A stretch of 64,000 bases of DNA. Source: a virus. Lineage: Duplodnaviria; Caudoviricetes. Shown here piece by piece: positions 27,831-35,789 of the stretch. Each line of letters opens with the position of its first letter. The first letter of the stretch is position 1. Position numbers and translations under genes: made by a program. Location of the stretch: the IMG/VR virus record IMGVR_UViG_3300033061_001635, positions 32,001 to 96,000 of that record, one strand, 5' to 3'. The notes under the pieces were generated by a model that was given only the letters and a program-made list of their open reading frames with translations, had not been told where the DNA came from and searched no databases.

Positions 27831-29492
27831 ATGCCAAAACTAAAAGTACTAATGTGTTCAGAAGCCAGTTTTATACACTCTGGTTTCGGTATATATACCA
27901 AAGAACTCTTATCAAGACTACATGCTACTCAAAAATATGAAATAGCAGAATTTGCATCTTACGGATTTGTTAATGATCCAAGAGACGTTAATATTCATTG
28001 GAAATATTATGCAAATGCTGTTAGAGATGACGATTACAGACATAAGGAATATGTATCCAGAGGAGACAATCAATTCGGCCGATGGAGATTTGAGAAAGTA
28101 TTACTGGATTTCAAACCAGATGTTGTTATTGATATCAGAGACTATTGGATGACAGCATATCAAAGAACATCTCCTTTAAGAAAATTTTTCCATTGGATTT
28201 TAATGCCAACAGTGGACTCATGCCCCCAGCAAGAAGAATGGATTGATACATTTTTAAATGCCAATGCAATATTTACGTATTCAGATTGGGGCGCTGAGGT
28301 TCTAAATAAACAGTCATCTGGTAAAATCAATTATATAGATACTGCGTCTCCGGGCATTGACTGTGATGTTTTTAAGCCCAAAAACAGGAATAAAATCAGA
28401 GCAAACTTTGATATCCCGCAGGACAGCATCGTTGTTGGTTCTGTTATGAGAAACCAAAAAAGAAAACTAATACCAGAGTTATTAACTACATTCAAAAAGG
28501 TATTAGATAATCTAAAAGAAAATAATCAAGAAAATCTATCTAAAAAATTATTTCTTTATCTGCACACAAGTTATCCTGATATGGGTTGGGACATTCCAGA
28601 ACTACTAAGACAATCTGGATTATCTAATAAGGTACTATTCACGTATTTATGCAAAAACTGTAGAGACGTCACATGTTCTAAGTTTCAGGGTCCAAATAAA
28701 ATATGTACCAAATGTCATAGTAAGACATGTAATTTACCATCTGTTACTGACGGGGTAACCTCAGAAACTCTAAGTAATATATACAATATATTTGATTTAT
28801 ATGTACAATATTCTATATGCGAGGGATTCGGGATGCCACAGGTTGAGGCTGGTGCTTGCGGCGTTCCTATTGCAACCGTTAATTATAGTGCAATGTGTGA
28901 TATTGTAAATAAATTAAATGCATATCCTATTAAGATAAAATCAGAATTTAAAGAATTAGAGACAAAAGCTATTAGAGTATATCCAGATAATGATGATTTA
29001 GCTAAATATATATTGGATTTTATTAAACAACCAGATTCCATTCTTAATAAGAAAAGATTTGAAATACATGAATTAACGCATAAGCATTATGATTGGACAA
29101 ATATTGCAAAAAAGTGGGAGAACTATTTAGATAAACTAGATAATTCTGGCTATAGAGCAAATTGGAATAATTCAAATTTTCTAGAACCAATACAAAAAAT
29201 GCCGGACAGTAACATAACAAATAATTTTGATAATATATTGATGTTACTGAATAATAATCTAAAAGATATTTCTCTAATTGGTAGTCAAAAAATATTAGAA
29301 CTATTGAATAATGCAGACTACGGCTTTATTCAAAATGGACCAACTAATCTAGGGCCATTTAGTTTTAAAGAAGTATATGAATATCTAAAAAATATTGTAG
29401 ATAATAATAATCAAGCAAAATCAGCACAGGATAGTAATGTGTCATTTGACGAAGACTTTATTGCTTATTCTAACATGAAAAGAAACTCATAA
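27831..29492 (+). CDS. GT-B fold glycosyltransferase (GT4-like) with a Cys-rich insertion
   Basis: SGFGIY, FKPDVVID, RNQKRK and the signature EGFGMPQVEAGACGVP. Start reassigned to ATG 27831, downstream of the terminator. Confidence 0.88.
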   Translation: MPKLKVLMCSEASFIHSGFGIYTKELLSRLHATQKYEIAEFASYGFVNDPRDVNIHWKYYANAVRDDDYRHKEYVSRGDNQFGRWRFEKVLLDFKPDVVIDIRDYWMTAYQRTSPLRKFFHWILMPTVDSCPQQEEWIDTFLNANAIFTYSDWGAEVLNKQSSGKINYIDTASPGIDCDVFKPKNRNKIRANFDIPQDSIVVGSVMRNQKRKLIPELLTTFKKVLDNLKENNQENLSKKLFLYLHTSYPDMGWDIPELLRQSGLSNKVLFTYLCKNCRDVTCSKFQGPNKICTKCHSKTCNLPSVTDGVTSETLSNIYNIFDLYVQYSICEGFGMPQVEAGACGVPIATVNYSAMCDIVNKLNAYPIKIKSEFKELETKAIRVYPDNDDLAKYILDFIKQPDSILNKKRFEIHELTHKHYDWTNIAKKWENYLDKLDNSGYRANWNNSNFLEPIQKMPDSNITNNFDNILMLLNNNLKDISLIGSQKILELLNNADYGFIQNGPTNLGPFSFKEVYEYLKNIVDNNNQAKSAQDSNVSFDEDFIAYSNMKRNS

Positions 29493-30493
29493 TGAATATT
29501 CTTTATATAGGTCCATATAGACAAAGGTCAATGGTTGGCCTTACATCTCTGTTTATATTGATGAATCTTTTGCAAAATAAACAACACAAGATATCATCCA
29601 GACCGTTATATCAGGAAACAGAACCGGTCAATCAAAACATAATACAAGATATTGTAAGAGCAGAGCATGAAAGATACGATAGCTATGATATTGTTATTCA
29701 GCACACAACTCCTGATATGGCTATCAAAATAAATGCCGTTAAAAAGAATATAATTATTCTAATAAATAATGAAGAAATTTTATCAGAAGATGTGGTAGAA
29801 AAATTGGCTGGATTCGATACTATATTAGTAGACAATAAAACCACATACAATTTGTATAAAGAATACTATCCAAGAATAGCGAGTAAACTAACAACATATG
29901 ATTATGATTTACTTATACCTCCTATGCAACTTACTCAATTTGATGTAAATCCATTTGGAATAACTAAGAAACTATATTTTATTGGAGACTATAAAGACAA
30001 TATAAATAATATATATAATATTTGTCATGCTTTTATCAAACATTCTGTTAACTGTGTTGATGAGTATAGTCTAATATTGTATCTATTTAATATAGATCCC
30101 AGCATTAAACAAAACATTACTAGTAATATTAATCAAATATATTCGTCTTATGGAATTAAATATGCTATAAATAGAATTATGATAGCTCCTATAGACTGTA
30201 CTTTAGAAAATATAATAACAGCCCACAATACAGCATCCATATTTATCAATATAAACGAAAGTAATTCTAATTCTTTAAATTGTAAAATTTGTAATTCCTT
30301 AAATAAGAACGTATTAAGTTTTAATGATACTGATTATATTTTTGAATTTACTAGAAATAATAGAGTATCCGGTAAAAGATGTTTAGGAATTTCGTGTGGC
30401 TCTATAGACAATAAAATAAATAAGGCATTGAATAACAATTATACAGACCAACCGCAACCATTTAAAAAACAACATATTAGCACCCTCATATGA
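29492..30493 (+). CDS. Divergent glycosyltransferase-like protein
   Basis: GT-B-like N-terminus (MNILYIGPY, YDIVIQHTTP). No EGFG/EA motif. Confidence 0.5.
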   Translation: MNILYIGPYRQRSMVGLTSLFILMNLLQNKQHKISSRPLYQETEPVNQNIIQDIVRAEHERYDSYDIVIQHTTPDMAIKINAVKKNIIILINNEEILSEDVVEKLAGFDTILVDNKTTYNLYKEYYPRIASKLTTYDYDLLIPPMQLTQFDVNPFGITKKLYFIGDYKDNINNIYNICHAFIKHSVNCVDEYSLILYLFNIDPSIKQNITSNINQIYSSYGIKYAINRIMIAPIDCTLENIITAHNTASIFININESNSNSLNCKICNSLNKNVLSFNDTDYIFEFTRNNRVSGKRCLGISCGSIDNKINKALNNNYTDQPQPFKKQHISTLI

Positions 30494-31365
30494 ATAATCC
30501 CATATTAAACATAGCCTACGGTGTCTTAGATTCTCAAATAAATGTTCTATATGAACCAGGATCAAGGATATTCGATATTGCTATTAATAATACAGATAAT
30601 ATAAATTTTTGTCTTACTAATGATATATGTCAAAATTATTATTATGATATGTATTTTTCTAATAACATTCTAACAGTATCTGATAAAAAAACAATTAATG
30701 ATAAAAGACATATTAAAACTGTGGTAGCAATTCATGACCCTCCTCCGCCATCTTTTAAAAAAGAAGATATAATAATCTTTCATAATAAATGTAAAGATAT
30801 ATATAAAATTATTTTAGGTCAAGATATAGCAAATTTTTGGGGATTTAAAAAATCAGAAAAAACTTTCATAATAGACTATGGAATACCAAAAATATCAGAA
30901 TTAGAAGACAATAAAACAAAAAATTTATTAATATTTAATTTAGAAAATAACCCACAAGTAGATTTATTTTATAAAAACATTAACGCATCAACTGCTAATG
31001 GAATTGATATTATTAAAAAAATAGATCCAAATACTTCCATAGATTATTTAGTATCATTAATTTCTAAATATAAAGTTTGCATGGATAATGGAAATAAAGA
31101 AAATATACTATATTCGCTATCAGCAGGAGTGCCCTGTATAACAACTAAAAACTTCCATTTATCAAACAACCTTATTATTAAAGTGGAAAGCTTCCAAGAA
31201 GCCGCTGACATGATAAATAAACTTATTAATACCAGCTTAGCCAAAGAAGAATCACAAGCCTGCTCACAAAAGATTATTAATGAGTATGACTACAATACAT
31301 TTAAAACACGAATTGTACAAACACTATCTGCAATAAAAAGAAATGAGATATTTTATTATGAATAG
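30490..31365 (+). CDS. Divergent glycosyltransferase-like protein
   Basis: IDYGIP and YSLSAGVPCITT, a remnant of LEAxAxGxPVxTT. Confidence 0.5.
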   Translation: MNNPILNIAYGVLDSQINVLYEPGSRIFDIAINNTDNINFCLTNDICQNYYYDMYFSNNILTVSDKKTINDKRHIKTVVAIHDPPPPSFKKEDIIIFHNKCKDIYKIILGQDIANFWGFKKSEKTFIIDYGIPKISELEDNKTKNLLIFNLENNPQVDLFYKNINASTANGIDIIKKIDPNTSIDYLVSLISKYKVCMDNGNKENILYSLSAGVPCITTKNFHLSNNLIIKVESFQEAADMINKLINTSLAKEESQACSQKIINEYDYNTFKTRIVQTLSAIKRNEIFYYE

Positions 31366-31774
31366 AAATTATCATATATTATATAAAAACTACATAACAA
31401 ATAGTAATAATAGAATAAATTTAGATATTAGTGAAATAGATACTATAGTTAATCATTCTGCTGATTCTATCTTTTGCTCTTGTCTTAATTATATTGATAA
31501 GTCCAAATTTTCAGATATGATCGCCCTACTGCTAGAAAAAATTAAACCATCTGGCAAATTGAATATTGAGTGCATTAATATTAAAAAATATATGAACAAT
31601 TTTTTACAAAAAAAAATATCTGGCGATGATTTAATGTCTAAAATTAAAAATATTGAATCAATAATATCGGAAGAAGATTTTTATGTAGCACTTAATACTA
31701 AAGATTTTAGAATTATTCAAATTGAATCGTCTAACTCTTCTTTGTCTGTTTCTATAGAAAGAACAGGAATATAA
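31358..31774 (+). CDS. Truncated/divergent class I SAM methyltransferase-like protein
   Basis: HSADSIFCSCLNYI...LLEKIKPSGKLNI resembles the later MTase motifs; no GxG motif I. Confidence 0.4.
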   Translation: MNRNYHILYKNYITNSNNRINLDISEIDTIVNHSADSIFCSCLNYIDKSKFSDMIALLLEKIKPSGKLNIECINIKKYMNNFLQKKISGDDLMSKIKNIESIISEEDFYVALNTKDFRIIQIESSNSSLSVSIERTGI

Positions 31775-31779
31775 TAAGT

Positions 31780-32466
31780 ATGATTCATGGTTTGATATTA
31801 GTACCAGAAATAACAAAAGGAATGAAATCATTAGGATCAAAAGCCTTATTGCAAATTAAAAAAAAAATTTCTGTACTAGAATATCAGATAGACTCAATAC
31901 TAGATATAGATAAAAATATTAAAATCACTATCTGTTCTGGATTTGAACATGAAAAAATATCATTCCTATTAAACAATAAATACTCAAATAATATAAATTA
32001 TGTATACAATCCAGACTATAAAAATAGTAACCAGGGCCATTCGATAAAATTATTTTTTGATACTATATACAAAAAGTCTGATAATGTATTAATATTAAAT
32101 AATGGAATTATATTAAAGAAAAAATGTTTGAATAAATCAATGCTTGGCAATGAATCTAAAATATTTATCTTAAATAAGAAAAAAGAAGAATTTAAATTAG
32201 GTTGTTCATCATCCAAAAATTTAGACTATATTTTTTATGATTTACCAGAAAGTTGGTCGGAATGTATTTATTTAAACCAAATAAGTATCGAAGTTTTACA
32301 GAAAATTATTGAGCACTCGTCAATTAATCAAATGTATCTTTTTGAAATTATAAACCAGGTAATAAGTCATAAAAATATTACTATAGAAAAAGAATATATT
32401 GATAAAAAAATGATTATGAAAGTAAACACACCAAAAGACATACTTAAGGCTAGATATTATATATGA
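31780..32466 (+). CDS. Divergent sugar/choline-phosphate nucleotidyltransferase-like protein
   Basis: ILVPEITKGMKSLGSKALL...LEYQI, GFEHEKI and NPDYKNSNQGHSI follow the NTP_transferase/LicC layout with key residues changed. Confidence 0.55.
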   Translation: MIHGLILVPEITKGMKSLGSKALLQIKKKISVLEYQIDSILDIDKNIKITICSGFEHEKISFLLNNKYSNNINYVYNPDYKNSNQGHSIKLFFDTIYKKSDNVLILNNGIILKKKCLNKSMLGNESKIFILNKKKEEFKLGCSSSKNLDYIFYDLPESWSECIYLNQISIEVLQKIIEHSSINQMYLFEIINQVISHKNITIEKEYIDKKMIMKVNTPKDILKARYYI

Positions 32467-33200
32467 CAAAAAAATTATTAGTTCAAAATTTTAATACAAA
32501 ATTTATTAAAAATACAATCTATTCAATTATAGATGATGTTACCATAATAAATACCGATATAGATAATAATTTATATAAATTATATTATCGTTATAATTTT
32601 ACTCATACTATATTTGCTGCATCTCTGCTTTCTACAGAGATTACTCAATTTATTTCTGATTTCTCAGAATCTGTAAAAGTCTTTTTGTATCATGATACAT
32701 TTATTGATGATGCTGCTAGTATTTTATCTAATACTAATATTACACACATAGTAAATGATAACTATACTAGTGATAAATATAATATTATTAATATTAATCC
32801 ATATATAATTAATACAAATTTATTTAATAAAGATGGACAAAGTGAAGCTCGTAATAATTCTATTGTAGGTTTTTTAGATCACTATAATTTTATACCAAAT
32901 CATTTAAATAATTATTTATACCCAAAAACAAAATTACCAATTAAGATATTTAATGCTGTTAATTCTGAACATCATCAAAATTTAGGATTGGTTAATGACT
33001 TTGAAAAATCACAATTATTAAAATCTAATAAGTATTACTTGTCATTAGACTATGAAAAAGACTATTCTATAGAAGCACAGGCTTGTGGGGCAATAATTGT
33101 AAACCCAGATCAACTGTCTATTATAAATAATGTATCCTACACTGATCATCCTGAAATAATGGATCACAAACAATTTATTATAGAAAGAATTCTAGTATGA
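32463..33200 (+). CDS. Divergent glycosyltransferase-like protein
   Basis: YSIEAQACGAIIV motif near the C-terminus. Confidence 0.5.
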   Translation: MTKKLLVQNFNTKFIKNTIYSIIDDVTIINTDIDNNLYKLYYRYNFTHTIFAASLLSTEITQFISDFSESVKVFLYHDTFIDDAASILSNTNITHIVNDNYTSDKYNIININPYIINTNLFNKDGQSEARNNSIVGFLDHYNFIPNHLNNYLYPKTKLPIKIFNAVNSEHHQNLGLVNDFEKSQLLKSNKYYLSLDYEKDYSIEAQACGAIIVNPDQLSIINNVSYTDHPEIMDHKQFIIERILV

Positions 33201-33655
33201 CAGATATTGGCTTTGTTCTATTAAAGATGAATAATGATAAAATTTATGATGATATTTTACAGACAATAAAAGAGTTTGAAAATAATTATCCAAATAATCA
33301 AATGGTTATTTTTAATAGCTATTCTGAAAAAATAAACACATACAATTTACCAATATTACATTTAAATCAATCTCAGTTTTTAAAAGGAACTTTGATAATA
33401 TTTGATCTGCCTAGTATTATAGTTACTAATAAATTTCCCAATATTAATAAAAGAATACTATTTGCTAATAATATTCCATGGCAAAATAATACACAAACCA
33501 CATATTCAGAATGGCTATCGTTATACGATCAAGACAACTTAGACATTATAACTTCTTCAAAAGAATTATATGACATATATAATATATGCTGGAAAGAACC
33601 CCTAGGTATTTGCGAAGGATTCAAATATGAAAACGTCAAAAAATTCATACAATAA
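33197..33655 (+). CDS. Hypothetical protein, possibly a single GT-B-like Rossmann domain
   Basis: Alternating beta/alpha pattern; last gene of the coupled cluster. Confidence 0.4.
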   Translation: MTDIGFVLLKMNNDKIYDDILQTIKEFENNYPNNQMVIFNSYSEKINTYNLPILHLNQSQFLKGTLIIFDLPSIIVTNKFPNINKRILFANNIPWQNNTQTTYSEWLSLYDQDNLDIITSSKELYDIYNICWKEPLGICEGFKYENVKKFIQ

Positions 33656-34424
33656 ATTATCAGATGCTGAGAAGAAAGATCTGATAGAACAATGGTATAT
33701 TGTTAATAAACTTAGTTTTGCCGATATAGCTACTAAATTTGATACATATGCTAATAAAATACGAAGAGATGCTAAAAAATTTAATCTAGAAATAAGAGAT
33801 AAATCTAAAGCTCAAAAAAATGCTTTGACAACAGGAAAGCACAATCATCCAACAAAAGGACAAACAAGATCAGAATCTACAAAACAAAAGATAGGTTTTG
33901 GAGTAATGCAGTCGTGGGACGGCCTAACTGAAAAAGAATTAGAAGACAGAAAAGAGAAAGCAAAATTAAATTGGGAAAAATTAGATAATAATGTAAAAAT
34001 TAATATGCAACAATCAGCAATAAAAGCTGTGAGAGAAACTAGCAAGACAGGATCCAAATTAGAAAAATTTATACATAAAAAGTTATTAAGCCTGGGGTAT
34101 CAGGTTCAGTTTCATAAAGAGCAATCTTTGATAACTACCAAGTTGCAAATTGATATTTTTCTACCTACTATAAATACGGCCATCGAAGTTGATGGGCCTT
34201 CACATTTTGAGCCAGTATGGGGCGAAAAAAGTTTAGCAAGAAATATTGGATATGACCAAAAGAAAGAAGGATTAATAACTGGTAGAGGATGGCACTTAAT
34301 AAGAATTAAACAATTAAAAGATTATTCTCCAACAAGAGCATCCGAGGTTATTACTAAATTGATTCCGATCTTAGAAAGATTATCAAAGGAAACTGTACCA
34401 CAAAAAATTAATATAGAGGATTGA
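33627..34424 (+). CDS. Putative free-standing homing endonuclease (HTH plus NUMOD3-like plus Vsr/DUF559-like nuclease)
   Basis: LSFADIATKF HTH, HPTKGQTRSESTKQKIG, GSKLEK and IDIFLP..NTAIEVDGPSHF. Confidence 0.65.
   Translation: MKTSKNSYNKLSDAEKKDLIEQWYIVNKLSFADIATKFDTYANKIRRDAKKFNLEIRDKSKAQKNALTTGKHNHPTKGQTRSESTKQKIGFGVMQSWDGLTEKELEDRKEKAKLNWEKLDNNVKINMQQSAIKAVRETSKTGSKLEKFIHKKLLSLGYQVQFHKEQSLITTKLQIDIFLPTINTAIEVDGPSHFEPVWGEKSLARNIGYDQKKEGLITGRGWHLIRIKQLKDYSPTRASEVITKLIPILERLSKETVPQKINIED
34143..34171 (+). promoter_or_regulatory. Sigma70-like promoter embedded upstream of the annealing-protein gene
   Basis: TTGCAA-17 nt-TACTAT. Confidence 0.45.
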
Positions 34425-34429
34425 TTATT

Positions 34430-35158
34430 ATGGCTAAAAAGGAAAAGATAGAGAAAATGGAAGAAACTAATAACGTTGTGGAAACAAAAAAGATCCCAAA
34501 TACGACCGATTTGGAATGGACCGATTATGTATTAAGCTTATTATCTGATGATGAAAAAATTAATGGCAATCCCACAACAGATGGATTAAGGAGAATATTT
34601 GAAATAGCATTAAATTGCAGAGTAGTAGCCTCAACCTCAAATGTTGTACAATCTCCTGATCCAAACAACGAAAAAAGAGCAACCGTGGTTCATACGCTAT
34701 GTTATTATTTAAACGATTTGACTCCTGAGACCAGTCATTTAAATATGGTAACTGTGGATGGCGCAGCGGACGTTTATTGGGGTAATTGTGACAAGGTTTA
34801 TAGGAACCATCCGGTGGCCGTGGCAGAAACAAGAGCAGAAGGACGATCTTTACGAAGAGCGCTTAAGCTAAGAAAAGTTGTGGCTGCTGAAGAATTGGCC
34901 AAAGATATTGAAGATAATCCAGATAATGCTAGTGTTTCTAAGATTAGTAATAATCAGATTAATTTTATTGACGTTATGGCACAAAGACTTAATATAAGTG
35001 TGGTTAAGCTATTTAAAAATAATCAATTGCCCGTAGATAATGTTTATTCTATGTCTCATGATGATGCTGTTAATATAATTAGATTATTATCTAAGTATCA
35101 ACAGAATATATCAGAGATTTCGGATGACATTATGGGTTACTCTAGTGACTGGAAATAA
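34430..35158 (+). CDS. Rad52/Sak-like single-strand annealing protein
   Basis: GLRRI, AVAETRAEGRSLRRAL and C-terminal ISNNQINFI; GAGGA RBS before ATG 34430. Confidence 0.65.
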   Translation: MAKKEKIEKMEETNNVVETKKIPNTTDLEWTDYVLSLLSDDEKINGNPTTDGLRRIFEIALNCRVVASTSNVVQSPDPNNEKRATVVHTLCYYLNDLTPETSHLNMVTVDGAADVYWGNCDKVYRNHPVAVAETRAEGRSLRRALKLRKVVAAEELAKDIEDNPDNASVSKISNNQINFIDVMAQRLNISVVKLFKNNQLPVDNVYSMSHDDAVNIIRLLSKYQQNISEISDDIMGYSSDWK

Positions 35159-35160
35159 AT

Positions 35161-35481
35161 ATGAAAGTTTTATACAAAGCGAGTGATAAGCTAACATTTG
35201 AACTAGAAGGCTCTGGACAAAAAGAAATTTTTAAAGAGCTAGCACTAATACAAGAAATTTTTGCAGAAGAAAAGTGTGGATTATGTGGTAGTCATAATTT
35301 ACGATTCATTGTTAGGAACGTAGAAGGAAATGATTATTATGAAATTCGCTGTGCAGACTGTGGTGCTATCTTAGCATTTGGCCAACATAAAAAGGGCGGA
35401 ACACTATTTCCAAAACGCAAAGATGACGAAGGAAATAATTTACCCAATAAAGGTTGGCACAAGTGGACAGCGAAAGCTTAG
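35161..35481 (+). CDS. Zinc-ribbon hypothetical protein
   Basis: CGLCGS...CADCGA. Confidence 0.7.
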   Translation: MKVLYKASDKLTFELEGSGQKEIFKELALIQEIFAEEKCGLCGSHNLRFIVRNVEGNDYYEIRCADCGAILAFGQHKKGGTLFPKRKDDEGNNLPNKGWHKWTAKA

Positions 35482-35789
35482 TCTTCTTTAGTCCATTTTA
35501 ATTCAGGACATTCTTGATCCTTAAAAAATAGTTTATTCATATAGTTTAAATTTCGAGTAATAATACAGTCACATTTAGTACATGTGTTGTTATTAAAAAA
35601 CTCGCAAGTATTACATACAGAATATCTTTTTTCTACTTGATCATTAGTGCATAAATTATCCACCCCAGATGGTTTATGAATCATACATGGAAATATGGGG
35701 GGATATCCGTCCTCTGTTATTATTCTTAATCCACAATTTAAGCACTGATATTCATTATTATGAAAGTTGATAAAATTACATAGGGCCAT
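35478..35789 (-). CDS. Cys-rich small protein (DUF6171-like)
   Basis: RYSVCNTCEF....CTKCDC.....K......CPELKW. The likely start is MALCNF at 35789. Confidence 0.6.
   Translation of the reverse strand: MALCNFINFHNNEYQCLNCGLRIITEDGYPPIFPCMIHKPSGVDNLCTNDQVEKRYSVCNTCEFFNNNTCTKCDCIITRNLNYMNKLFFKDQECPELKWTKED

Noticed and set aside
590-35140. Short minus-strand ORFs in the + arm (e.g. 2943..3206, 18210..18539, 20818..21138, 24931..25140)
   Set aside because: They are antisense shadows of well-supported genes, with no recognisable RBS or motifs.
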